DNA from: Squalus acanthias
Lineage: Eukaryota
Length of the DNA stretch: 64,000 bases
Assembly: GCA_030390025.1 (NCBI GenBank)
Contig: CM059432.1
Location: forward strand, 34,350,001-34,414,000
Direction of reading: 5' to 3'
This document shows, piece by piece, positions 34,266-46,721 of this stretch; position 1 is the stretch's first letter, and every line of letters begins with the position of its first letter. Both the position numbers and the translations under genes were made by a program. Below the pieces are notes generated by a model. It was not told the origin of the DNA. It saw only the letters and a program-made list of their open reading frames with translations, and did not search any database.

Positions 34266-34290
34266 AGTTGTGTTCGCCAGCAAAGTTGCC

Positions 34291-37200
34291 GGTGTCTCCG
34301 GGCCCAGTGTCCCCGGGCTCAGTGTCCTCAACTCAGTGTCCCCGGGCTCAGTGTCCCCGGGCCCGGTGTCCCCGGGCTCGGTGTCCCCGGGCTCGGTGTC
34401 TCCGGGCCCAGTGTCCCCGGGCTCAGTGTCCTCAACTCAGTGTCCCCGGGCTCAGTGTCCCCGGGCCCGGTGTCCCCGGGCTCGGTGTCCCCGGGCTCGG
34501 TGTCTCCGGGCCCAGTGTCCCCGGGCTCAGTGTCCTCAACTCAGTGTCCCCGGGCTCAGTGTCCCCGGGCCCGGTGTCCCCGGGCTCGGTGTCCCCGGGC
34601 TCGGTGTCCCCTTGCACAGTGTCCCCGGGCTCAGTGTCCTCAACTCAGTGTCCCCGGGCTCGGTGTCCCCGGGCTCGGTGTCCCCGGGCCCGGTGTCCCC
34701 GGGCTAGGTGTCCCCGGGCTCAGTGTCCTCAACTCTGTCCCCAGGCTCGGTGTCCCCGGGCTCGGTGTCCCCGGGCCCGGTGTCCCCGGGCTCAGTGTCC
34801 CCGGGCTCGGTGTCCCCGGGCCCAGTGTCCCCGGGCTCAGTGTCCTCAACTCAGTGTCACCGGGCCCGGTGTCCCCGGGCTCGGTGTCCCCGGGCTCGGT
34901 GTCTCCGGGCCCAGTGTCCCCGGGCTCAGTGTCCTCAACTCAGTGTCCCCGGGCTCAGTGTCCCCGGGCCCGGTGTCCCCGGGCCCGGTGTCCCCGGGCT
35001 CGGTGTCCCCGGGCTCGGTGTCCCCGGGCTCAGTGTCCCCTTGCACAGTGTCCCCGGGCTCAGTGTCCTCAACTCAGTGTCCCTGGGCTCGGTGTCCCCG
35101 GGCTCGGTGTCTCCGGGCCCAGTGTCCCCGGGCTCAGTGTCCTCAACTCAGTGTCCCCGGGCTCAGTGTCCCCGGGCCCGGTGTCCCCGGGCCCGGTGTC
35201 CCCGGGCTCGGTGTCCCCGGGCTCGGTGTCCCCGGGCTCGGTGTCCCCTTGCACAGTGTCCCCGGGCTCAGTGTCCTCAACTCAGTGTCCCCGGGCTCGG
35301 TATCCCCGGGCTCGGTGTCCCCGGGCCCGGTGTCCCCGGGCTAGGTGTCCCCGGGCTCAGTGTCCTCAACTCTGTCCCCAGGCTCGGTGTCCCCGGGCTC
35401 GGTGTCCCCGGGCCCGGTGTCCCCGGGCTCAGTGTCCCCGGGCTCGGTGTCCCCGGGCCCAGTGTCCCCGGGCTCAGTGTCCTCAACTCAGTGTCCCCGG
35501 GCCCGGTGTCCCCGGGCTCGGTGTCCCCGGGCTCAGTGTCCTCAACTCAGTGTCCCCGGGCTCGGTGTCCCCGGGCCCGGTGTCCCCGGGCCCGGTGTCC
35601 CCGGGCTCGGTGTCCCCGGGCTCGGTGTCCCCGGGCTCAGTGTCCCCTTGCACAGTGTCCCCGGGCTCAGTGTCCTCAACTCAGTGTCCCTGGGCTCGGT
35701 GTCCCCGGGCTCGGTGTCCCCGGGCTCGGTGTCCCCGGGCTCGGTGTCCCCTTGCACAGTGTCCCCGGGCTCAGTGTCCTCAACTCAGTGTCCCCGGGCT
35801 CGGTGTCCCCGGGCTCGGTGTCCCCGGGCCCGGTGTCCCCGGGCTAGGTGTCCCCGGTCTCAGTGTCCTCAACTCTGTCCCCAGGCTCGGTGTCCCCGGG
35901 CTCGGTGTCCCCGGGCCCGGTGTCCCCGGGCTCAGTGTCCCCGGGCTCGGTGTCCCCGGGCCCAGTGTCCCCGGGCTCAGTGTCCTCAACTCAGTGTCCC
36001 CGGGCCCGGTGTCCCCGGGCTCGGTGTCCCCGGGCTCGGTGTCTCCGGGCCCAGTGTCCCCGGGCTCAGTGTCCTCAACTCAGTGTCCCCGGGCTCAGTG
36101 TCCCCGGGCCCGGTGTCCCCGGGCCCGGTGTCCCCGGGCTCGGTGTCCCCGGGCTCGGTGTCCCCGGGCTCAGTGTCCCCTTGCACAGTGTCCCCGGGCT
36201 CAGTGTCCTCAACTCAGTGTCCCTGGGCTCGGTGTCCCCGGGCTCGGTGTCCCCGGGCCCGGTGTCCCCGGGCTAGGTGTCCCCGAGCTCAGTGTCCTCA
36301 ACTCTGTCCCCAGGCTCGGTGTCCCCGGGCTCGGTGTCCCCGGGCCCGGTGTCCCCGGGCTCAGTGTCCCCGGGCTCGGTGTCCCCGGGCCCAGTGTCCC
36401 CGGGCTCAGTGTCCTCAACTCAGTGTCCCCGGGCCCGGTGTCCCCGGGCTCGGTGTCCCTGGGCTCGGTGTCTCCGGGCCCAGTGTCCCCGGGCTCAGTG
36501 TCCTCAACTCAGTGTCCCCGGGCTCAGTGTCCCCGGGCCCGGTGTCCCCGGGCCCGGTGTCCCCGGGCTCGGTGTCCCCGGGCTCGGTGTCCCCGGGCTC
36601 AGTGTCCCCTTGCACAGTGTCCCCGGGCTCAGTGTCCTCAACTCAGTGTCCCTGGGCTCGGTGTCCCCGGGCTCGGTGTCCCCGGGCCCGGTGTCCCCGG
36701 GCTAGGTGTCCCCGGGCTCAGTGTCCCCGGGCTCGGTGTCCCCGGGCCCAGTGTCCCCGGGCTCAGTGTCCTCAACTCAGTGTCCCCGGGCTCGGTGTCC
36801 CCGGGCTCGGTGTCCCCGGGCTCGGTGTCTCCGGGCCCAGTGTCCCCGGGCTCAGTGTCCTCAACTCAGTGTCCCCAGGCTCGGTGTCCCCGGGCTCGGT
36901 GTCCCCGGGCCCGGTGTCCCCGGGCTCAGTGTCCCCGGGCTCGGTGTCCCCGGGCCCAGTGTCCCCGGGCTCAGTGTCCTCAACTCAGTGTCCCCGGGCC
37001 CGGTGTCCCCGGGCTCGGTGTCCCCGGGCTCGGTGTCTCCGGGCCCAGTGTCCCCGGGCTCAGTGTCCTCAACTCAGTGTCCCCGGGCTCAGTGTCCCCG
37101 GGCCCGGTGTCCCCGGGCCCGGTGTCCCCGGGCTCGGTGACCCCGGGCTCGGTGTCCCCGGGCTCAGTGTCCCCTTGCACAGTGTCCCCGGGCTCAGTGT

Positions 37201-39761
37201 CCTCAACTCAGTGTCCCTGGGCTCGGTGTCCCCGGGCTCGGTGTCCCCGGGCTCGGTGTCCCCGGGCTCGGTGTCCCCTTGCACAGTGTCCCCGGGCTCA
37301 GTGTCCTCAACTCAGTGTCCCCGGGCTCGGTGTCCCCGGGCTCGGTGTCCCCGGGCCCGGTGTCCCCGGGCTAGGTGTCCCCGGGCTCAGTGTCCTCAAC
37401 TCTGTCCCCAGGCTCGGTGTCCCCGGGCTCGGTGTCCCCGGGCCCGGTGTCCCCGGGCTCAGTGTCCCCGGGCTCGGTGTCCCCGGGCCCAGTGTCCCCG
37501 GGCTCAGTGTACTCAACTCAGTGTCCCCGGGCCCGGTGTCCCCGGGCTCGGTGTCCCCGGGCTCGGTGTCTCCGGGCCCAGTGTCCCCGGGCTCAGTGTC
37601 CTCAACTCAGTGTTCCCGGGCTCGGTGTCCCCGGGCCCGGTGTCCCCGGGCCCGGTGTCCCCGGGCTCGGTGTCCCCGGGCTCGGTGTCCCCGGGCTCAG
37701 TGTCCCCTTGCACAGTGTCCCCGGGCTCAGTGTCCTCAACTCAGTGTCCCCGGGCTCGGTGTCCCCGGGCTCGGTGTCCCCGGGCCCGGTGTCCCCGGGC
37801 TAGGTGTCCCCGGGCTCAGTGTCCTCAACTCTGTCCCCAGGCTCGGTGTCCCCGGGCTCGGTGTCCCCGGGCCCGGTGTCCCCGGGCTCAGTGTCCCCGG
37901 GCTCGGTGTCCCCGGGCCCAGTGTCCCCGGGCTCAGTGTCCTCAACTCAGTGTCCCCGGGCCCGGTGTCCCCGGGCTCGGTGTCCCTGGGCTCGGTGTCT
38001 CCGGGCCCAGTGTCCCCGGGCTCAGTGTCCTCAACTCAGTGTCCCCGGGCTCAGTGTCCCCGGGCCCGGTGTCCCCGGGCCCGGTGTCCCCGGGCTCGGT
38101 GTCCCCGGGCTCGGTGTCCCCGGGCTCAGTGTCCCCTTGCACAGTGTCCCCGGGCTCAGTGTCCTCAACTCAGTGTCCCTGGGCTCGGTGTCCCCGGGCT
38201 CGGTGTCCCCGGGCCCGGTGTCCCCGGGCTAGGTGTCCCCGGGCTCAGTGTCCCCGGGCTCGGTGTCCCCGGGCCCAGTGTCCCCGGGCTCAGTGTCCTC
38301 AACTCAGTGTCCCCGGGCCCGGTGTCCCCGGGCTCGGTGTCCCCGGGCTCGGTGTCTCCGGGCCCAGTGTCCCCGGGCTCAGTGTCCTCAACTCAGTGTC
38401 CCCGGGCTCAGTGTCCCCGGGCCCGGTGTCCCCGGGCCCGGTGTCCCCGGGCTCGGTGTCCCCGGGCTCGGTGTCCCCGGGCTCAGTGTCCCCTTGCACA
38501 GTGTCCCCGGGCTCAGTGTCCTCAACTCAGTGTCCCTGGGCTCGGTGTCCCCGGGCTCGGTGTCCCCGGGCCCGGTGTCCCCGGGCTAGGTGTCCCCGGG
38601 CTCAGTGTCCTCAACTCTGTCCCCAGGCTCGGTGTCCCCGGGCTCGGTGTCCCCGGGCCCGGTGTCCCCGGGCTCAGTGTCCCCGGGCTCGGTGTCCCCG
38701 GGCCCAGTGTCCCCGGGCTCAGTGTCCTCAACTCAGTGTCCCCGGGCCCGGTGTCCCCGGGCTCGGTGTCCCTGGGCTCGGTGTCTCCGGGCCCAGTGTC
38801 CCCGGGCTCAGTGTCCTCAACTCAGTGTCCCCGGGCTCAGTGTCCCCGGGCCCGGTGTCCCCGGGCCCGGTGTCCCCGGGCTCGGTGTCCCCGGGCTCGG
38901 TGTCCCCGGGCTCAGTGTCCCCTTGCACAGTGTCCCCCGGCTCAGTGTCCTCAACTCAGTGTCCCTGGGCTCGGTGTCCCCGGGCTCGGTGTCCCCGGGC
39001 CCTGTGTCCCCGGGCTAGGTGTCCCCGGGCTCGGTGTCCCCGGGCTCGGTGTCCCCGGGCCCAGTGTCCCCGGGCTCAGTGTCCTCAACTCAGTGTCCCC
39101 GGGCCCGGTGTCCCCGGGCTCGGTGTCCCCGGGCTCGGTGTCTCCGGGCCCAGTGTCCCCGGGCTCAGTGTCCTCAACTCAGTGTCCCCGGGCTCAGTGT
39201 CCCCGGGCCCGGTGTCCCCGGGCCCGGTGTCCCCGGGCTCGGTGTCCCCGGGCTCGGTGTCCCCGGGCTCAGTGTCCCCTTGCACAGTGTCCCCGGGCTC
39301 AGTGTCCTCAACTCAGTGTCCCTGGGCTCGGTGTCCCCGGGCTCGGTGTCCCCGGTCCCGGTGTCCCCGGGCTAGGTGTCCCCGGGCTCAGTGTCCTCAA
39401 CTCTGTCCCCAGGCTCGGTGTCCCCGGGCTCGGTGTCCCCGGGCCCGGTGTCCCCGGGCCCGGTGTCCCCGGGCTCGGTGTCCCCGGGCTCGGTGTCCCC
39501 GGGCCCAGTGTCCCCGGGCTCAGTGTCCTCAACTCAGTGTCCCCGGGCTCAGTGTCCCCGGGCCCAGTGTCCCCGGGCTCAGTGTCCTCAACTCAGTGTC
39601 CCCGGGCTCGGTGTCCCCGGGCCCAGTGTTCCCGGGCCCGGTGTCCCCGGGCTCGGTGTCCCCGGGCCCAGTGTCCCCGGGCTCAGTGTCCTCAACTCAG
39701 TGTCCCCGGGCTCAGTGTCCTCAACTCAGTGTCCCCGGGCCCGGTGTCCCCAGGCTCAGTT
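34291..39761. repeat. GC-rich 15-bp minisatellite (GTGTCCCCGGGCYCR) with higher-order repeats
   Basis: Read directly; variant units gtgtcctcaactca, gtgtccccttgcaca, gtgtctccgggccca and ...ggctag recur with 429-bp periodicity. Confidence 0.98.
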
Positions 39762-39872
39762 TCCCCAACCTAGTGGCCCTTATGTTCCAGAAGGAGTAAA
39801 ATAAGCACGCAGATTTCCTATCCCTGAATACTGTGCAGAGAATGATACTGGAAATTGGGCATGCGTGGGACT

Positions 39873-40040
39873 AACAACAACAGCTTGCATTTATATAGCT
39901 CCTTTAACATAGAAAAATGTCCAAGTTCCTGCACAGAAATGTAATTTAAAGAAATCGATGCTGAGCAAAAGAAGGAGTTGTCAGGAGAGATGATCAAAAG
40001 CTTGGTCAAAGAAGTATGTTTTAAGGTGCATCTTAAAGGT
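39873..40040 (-). mobile_element. L2 3' end fragment
   Basis: aacaacaacagcttgcatttatatag...agcttggtcaaagaag, matching 1176-1350. Confidence 0.75.
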
Positions 40041-40683
40041 ACAGCTTAGGCTCCGACATGAAGAATGAGCATGTGGACAAGGTACCGGAGGGCCCATCAT
40101 TGTACTGAGAACTGTATCCCAACATGAGTCAGCGCCTTCAGGAGACAAGCGGGCAAAGGAAATTACTCACAGTTAAAGCTTTCATCAGAGAGACAGGTTA
40201 TATTGTCGTGATTGAAATGATTCCAGCTGACTGCCAGTCAGTGCCTGAGGTATTATACAATTTACACCCATCCCATGACTTAAATAAGTTTGATACGGTG
40301 CAGCCAAGTCTCTGTGGCCTTAAAGGCACACTACCCTAGAATTTTTTCGAATGAATTGCCGTTCCTTCTGATTAATTTGATCAATTATCTGGCATAAAAC
40401 AGGACACCCTTTGCAGTACATGAGGACTCTCAAGAAATGAGCAGCGCATTGGACAGATCTCATTAGAAACTAGAGCAGAATTGGCAATAAGCTGGGAGCA
40501 GGGACTGCACCATCCCACTTAGAGCGGTGCTTGGAATGGGGATAGCTAAAGAAGAGGAGAAAGAAGGAAGGGAGAAAATAACAACAAAAAGGTATCTTGC
40601 TTTCATAAAAGACACAGAACTACAACTGTTTGCATTTATACAGTACGCTCATGTAGAAAAATATCTCAATGCTTTACAATGGA

Positions 40684-42383
40684 GAGACACAAATAACCTC
40701 CCAGAGATGTTGGGGAACATAGGGTCTGATGAAAGGGAGGAACTGAAAGAAATCAGTATTTGTAGGGAAATGGTGTTCGGGAAATTGAAGGGATTGAAGG
40801 CCGATAAATCCCCAGGGCCTGATCATTTACACCCTAGGGTACTTAAGGAAGTGGCCCTAGAAATAGTAGATGCATTGCTGATCATCTTCCAACATTCGAT
40901 GGAATCTGGAACAGTACCCATGGATTGGAGGGTAGCTAATGTTACCCCACTATTCAAAAAGGGTGGTAGAGAGAAAACGGGGAATTACAGACCGGTAAGC
41001 CTGACATCGGTAGTGGGGGAAAATGCTAGAGTCCATTATAAAAGATGTAATAGCTGAGCACTTGAAAAACAGTGACAGGATCGGACAAAGTCAACATGGA
41101 TTTACAAAAGGTAAATCATGCTTGACTAATCTATTGGAATTTTTTGAGGATGTAACTGGTAAAATAGATAAGGGAGAACCAGTGGATGTGGTGTATTTGG
41201 ACTTCCAAAAGGCTTTTGATAAGGTCCCGCATAAGAGATTAGCGTGTAAAGTTAAGGCACATGGGATTGGGGGCAAGGTATTGACTTGGATAGAGAACTG
41301 GTTGGAAAACAGAAAGCAAAGAGTTGCAATAAATGGGTCTTTTTCCGAGTGGCAGGCAGTGACTAGTGGGGTACCGCAGGGATCGGTCCTTGGACCCCAG
41401 CTATTCACAATATATATTAATGATCTAGACAAGGGAACTAGATGTAATATCTCCAAGTTTGCAGACGACACAAAACTGGGTGGGCATGTGTGCTGCGAGG
41501 AGGATGCCGAGAAACTCCAGTATGATTTGGACAGGTTGGGTGATTGGGCAGAAGCGTGGCAGATGCAATATAACGTGGATAAATGCGAGGTTATTCACTT
41601 TGGTGGCAAAAACAGAAAGGCAGATTATTATCTGAATGGCAATAGATTGGGAGAAGGGGAAGTGCAACGAGACCTGGGTGTCCTTGTGCACCAGTCGCTG
41701 AAGGTAAGCATGCAGGTGCAGCAGGCGGTTAAGAAGGCAAATGGTATGTTGGCCTTCATAGCGAGAGGGTTTGAGTACAGGAACAAGGATGTCTTGCTGC
41801 AGTTGTACAGGGCCTTGGTGAGACCACACCTTGAGTACTGTGTGCAGTTTGAGGAAGGATGTTCTTGCCATGGAAGGAGTTCAGCCAAGATTCACAAGGC
41901 TGATACCTGGGATGGCAGGAATGGCGTATGAAGAAAGATTTGGTCGATTGGGCTTATACTCGCTGGAGTTTAGAAGAATGAGAGGGGATCTCATTGACAC
42001 TTATAAAATTCTGACAGGACAGGACAAACTAGATGCAGGAAGGATGTTCCCGATGGTCGGGGAGTCCAGAACCAGGGGTCACAGTCTAAGGATAAGGGGT
42101 AAGCCATTTAGGACAGAAATGAGGAGGAATTTCTTCACTCAGAGAGTGGTGAACCTGTGGAATTCTCTGCCACAGAAGGCAGTAGAGGCCAATTAATTAA
42201 ATAGATTCAAGAAGGAGTTGGATATATTTCTTAAGGCTAAAGGGATCAAGGGATATGGGGAGAAAGCAGGGACAGGGTACTGAATTTGGATGATCAGCCA
42301 TGATCGCATTGAATGGCGGAGCAGGCTAGAGGGGCCGAATGGCCTACTCCTGCTCCTATCTTCTATGATTCTATGATTCTATG
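40684..42383 (+). mobile_element. CR1 'CR1-F', 5'-truncated, same subfamily as CR1-E
   Basis: RT ORFs 41023-41931 and 41831-42196; (ATTCTATG)n tail. Confidence 0.92.
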
Positions 42384-42484
42384 GAGAAGATCAGTGAGGG
42401 AAGAGACCAACAGAGAGATTTTTAAGAGGAAAAGAAAGTGAGGAGAAGTGGCTTTGGAAGAGAGCTTAAAAGGACAGGGATGTA

Positions 42485-42848
42485 AGCAAGAATAATTTGC
42501 ATTTATACTGCACCTTATCACAACCTCAGTGTATCGTAAACAGCTTCACATCCAATGAATTACTTTCTGAAGTGTAGTCACTGTTGTAATATAGGGAAAC
42601 ATGGCAGTCAATTTGCGCATTGCAAGGTCCCACGGACAGCAATGAGATAATAACCAGATAATCTGCTTTAGTGATGTTGGTTGTGGGAGAAATATTGGCC
42701 AGGACACCAGGGAGAACTCCTCTGCTGTTCTTCGAAAAGTGCTTTGGGATCTTTTACGTCCATCTGAATGGGCAGATGGAGTCCTCAGTTTAACATCTCA
42801 TCCGACGTGGCAGCACTACCCCAGTACTGAATTGAAATGTCAACCTGG
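42485..42848 (-). mobile_element. Deu-like SINE copy
   Basis: Reverse-complement similarity to 33860-34260. Confidence 0.6.
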
Positions 42849-43185
42849 TAGAGGGAAATTTACTTTGTGTTTAATTCATACCTCGCCTAACTTGGACGTA
42901 TTTGATACAATGGTATAGAGGGAGCTTTACTTTGTATCTAACCCATGTTGTACTTCCCCTAACAGTGTTTGATGTGACAGTGTAAAGAGGGCTTTACTCT
43001 ATATCTAACCCATGATGTACCTGACCTAGGAGTGTTTGTTTGGACAGTGTAATGGGAGTTTTACTCTATATCTAACCTGTGCTATAGCTGATCTGGGAGT
43101 GTTTGATGGGACAGTGTAGAGATACCTTTACTCTGTATCTAACCTGCACTGTGTCTTCCCTAGGAGTGTTTGATGGGGCAATGTA
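42848..43185. repeat. Degenerate 66-67-bp tandem repeat, same family as 31964-32325
   Basis: Repeated tttactctgtatctaacc...gtgtttgatgggacagtgt. Confidence 0.85.
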
Positions 43186-43189
43186 ACCA

Positions 43190-43525
43190 GATTCGGGCAC
43201 TGGATTCCAAAATTGGAATAATGTTCCATAATCCAGCCAACAATGCTGAGAATGCGGTGCTGCAACATCACTGAACCTCCCCTTTAAGTAGTGAAAAAAG
43301 CCTGTGGCAATCATGAGTTGCGATTAGACTGCACCCGATATTGGTCCAACCTTTACTTGTAACGCCAATGAGCTTGGGTTTTTAGACTTGATTTAAGACT
43401 CAAATCATTTTATTGAGCAGTGAGGATGAATTTTGCGTGCAGTCTGGAGCATTTTCGCCTGTCGCTAATTCACCATCATTTGTCCCAATCCCACCCGTTC
43501 CTTGGCTATAATGAATTTCTAGCCC
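43190..43525 (+). mobile_element. Harbinger right-end fragment
   Basis: Ends GAATTTCTAGCCC; closely similar to 54980-55266. Confidence 0.8.
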
Positions 43526-43527
43526 GC

Positions 43528-44965
43528 TGAGTACAAAATCCAGGAAGTTATACTAATCCTATATAAAACACTAGTTCAGCCCCAGCTGGAGTATTGTGTC
43601 CAATTATGGGCACCGCACTTTAGGAAGGATATGAAGGCTTTGGAGAGGGTACAGAAGAGATTTACAAGAATGGTTCTAGGGATGAGGAATTACAGTTACA
43701 TGGATAGATTGGAGAAGCTGAGGTTGTTCTCCTCAGAGCAGAGAAGGTTAAGAGGAGATTTGATAGAGGTGTTTAAAATCATGAAGGGTTTAAATAGAGT
43801 AAATAAAGAGAAAGGGGGAAGAATTCGGTTGCTTTGCGCCTCCCGTTAGCGCCCTAAGAGGGCTCGCGAAATTGACCAGACATTTTGCAGCGGCGCTAAA
43901 CACTACCGCCACGATCTCCTGCGCCTGCAGATTGTGACGTCAGTCGAGCGTGCAACGCCTCGGTAGCGCCCCGGACTGGATATTGAGTGGCGTCCCCTGC
44001 CTTACCGCCTGCCGCTAGCAATGACAGGTTGAGGGGACCGTTTTGCAGTCGGCAAGGGACTGGGGGAGTGCTATTTAAAGGCGACCGCTTCCTGCCTTTT
44101 TTTGTTGGCGACATTTTTGCACCACGCATTCTGAGAGAGAGAGACCTTTGGAGAGATTCAACGCTGTGTGAAGGAGTTTTGGGTACTGAGCAGCACTTTG
44201 CAGGTTCATTTTGATTTGACCTTCCTTGCATCGATTTAGAAGAGACTATGGGGGCTGCACTCTGAGCTCTTTCCCTGGGCCTTTCCATTGTTCTTTCCAG
44301 CAGAATTGATGTACAGATCTCTCCAGGCCAAGATTCAAGGCTGCAATGAGCAGGGTGTGGATGGAGAGCAAGATCGACCCTCCCCTTTAAGAACTGGCCG
44401 GTGCCAGTGTGTCTGTGTTCCATTGCTGACTGACATCACATGAGCTTCGCCAGCGCTCTGAGGTAGCGCCTCGCTCCTCGGCGTTAGCGCCTTAAGAGAG
44501 GTGTGTAGCGCCTGATTTAGCACTCCAATCACCTCCAGGGGCGATAGAAGCCAAGTTTGCAGTCGAGGTGAGAATTAGCTAAACTTTGCGCCCGGCCGAT
44601 AATTGCGCCCCAAACGGGGCGATACCAAATTTCTCCCCCAAACTCTTTCCACTGGCTGAAGGGTCGTTAACCGGAGAGCACAGATTTAAGGTGATTGGCA
44701 AAAGAACCAGAGGCGACATGAGGAAAAAAATTTTATGCAACGAGTGGATAGGATTTGGAATGCACTGCCTGATAGGGTGGTGGAAACAGATTCAATAGTA
44801 GCTTTCAAAAGGGAATTGGATGAATACTTGGAAGGAGAAAAAATTGCAGGGACAATGGGAAAGTGTCGGCCAGTGGGACTAACTGGATTGCTCTTCAAAA
44901 GAGCCAGTGCAGACTCGATGAGCTGAATGGCCTCCTTCTGTGCCGTACTATTCTATGATTCTATA
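43528..44965 (+). mobile_element. CR1 3' fragment split by a Harbinger derivative
   Basis: ALERVQKRFTRM...; rejoins as gagAAActctttcc; (TTCTATGA)n tail. Confidence 0.85.
43814..44639 (+). mobile_element. Non-autonomous internal-deletion derivative of the H2 family (826 bp)
   Basis: TIRs GGGGGAAGAATTCGGT / ACCAAATTTCTCCCCC; TSD AAA; collinear with both ends of H2. Confidence 0.92.
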
Positions 44966-46562
44966 AGAGCAGCAAAACATTGCAGCCCTAAAAAGTCGCA
45001 GAGTTACAACTCAGCGTAACTGCCATGATGCGTCCACCTTGGACCGCCACTGCTGACCCTACAAAAGAACCAGTGGGTTGGGTTGGCTCCATACACCCCA
45101 CTTCCCCAAAGTAGATTTTTCTGTCTTTTCAATGCCTTTGATAAGGGGGGCCACAAAAAAACATATTTTACCAAAAAGAAATTGAATTTTCTTCAGGGGC
45201 CCAGATCTGACCTCTCGGGTGCGACCCACATCCACTTGGATTGGCTGGTATGCCTAGTTTCACCAACCATACTCCACATCCCACTGAAGGCCCAAGGCAT
45301 GGAAACTCCCAACATAGGGAGTCCACACGCCCTTTACGATGGAGGTGTTTTAAATGGGCAGTTGGAGAGTCCACCCCACAAGACCATTCCAGATTCCTCG
45401 GCGCTGGGTTGGATTTGGCGTATCGAGGCCGTGGCCTGGTTTCCAACCATTGTAGCTGAAGCTAAGGCAGGGAGCATCCCAGAACGGCCACAGGGTTTTC
45501 AGCCCTGCAATTTTAAGTCTGAGGTTCCATTCTGAGGTCTCAACATCATTTGTCTAACCCCCTCCCCCACCCTATTGTACTTTAGGACCAGTCAGCAAAA
45601 TATTTAATTAATTGAAAAGTATTCTTTAAAGGATAGTCGCAGAGACAGTGTGGGTATTGTGTGGAGACAGTGACTGACACTGTGCTGTAATCCCAGGCAA
45701 TGACATTTTCATATCAGTGTGCTCCAAATGAATGTAGGCCTCAGCCCTCCGCCCACAAGCTAACAACCCCTCTCTTCAAACTAAATTGGATTAATTGAAC
45801 AAAACCGTCTGGGAGAATAACTCAACTACCTTCAATTAACTGACATGTCAACCAAATTTCTCAGTATCTGGAGCTCTGAATTAATAAGTCATGCTGGAAC
45901 CTTTCCTGTGGGCTGCGTATATTTATTTAATCATGTATGGGTTTTTTCTCCCATGTTTTTTCCTGTTTGAAAAACTAACAAAGGAGAACATCGAGATATT
46001 GAAATCCTTCCAACATTTGGTGATAGAGCTTATTCACCACTGTCGTTCTACCTGGTTGTGGCTTGTGCACACTTTGATTTTATTTTTTCTCAGGATGTGT
46101 GTGTCGCTGGCAAGGCCCACATTTATCGCCCATCACTAGTTTCCCGGAGAAGGTGGTGGTGGGCCTTCTTTTCAGGTAATTGTTTTACAACTGAGTGGCT
46201 TTCTAGGCCATTTCAGAAGCCAGTAAGAGGATATGGTAGCCTAGTGGTTACGGTTCCAGATTAACACCCCAGCCGTTAGGAGTTTAAATCCTACCATGGC
46301 AAGTTGGGCAATTGATTTCAAAAGATCTAGTAATTTGTGGGCTGGCACCAGAAAATGACTCCATCTGGAGTACTGCATTCAGTTTTCGGCACCGCACCTC
46401 AGGAAAGATATATTGACCTTGGAGGGGGTTCAGTGCAGATTCACCAGAATTATACCGGGATTAAAGGGTTAAATTACGTGGACAGATTGCATAAACTTAA
46501 CTTGTATTCTCTTGAGTTTAGAATGAAAAAAGGTTTAGATGGGGTAGATACAAAAAAACTAT

Positions 46563-46721
46563 GGGCTAGAAATTCGATTCGGGCAGTGGCGCAATTCGGG
46601 TGGTATCGGGTCGGCCGCCCATTATATGCAGTGCCTGATGGAACTGAACATCACGCACTGCGTATAACGGGTGGCCGGTACCCCCCGTTTTGCACCACCA
46701 CCCAAGATGAATTTCTAGCCC
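46563..46721. mobile_element. 159-bp palindromic Harbinger (Tourist-like) MITE
   Basis: GGGCTAGAAATTC / GAATTTCTAGCCC; TSD TAT; arms complementary almost to the centre. Confidence 0.9.

Noticed and set aside
34440..39799. 1777-aa and 1484-aa ORFs (SPGSV / CPRAR / VPGLG repeats)
   Set aside because: By-product of a stop-poor 15-bp repeat. The peptide cycles through all three frames at 14-bp units, starts are non-ATG, and no splice context supports them
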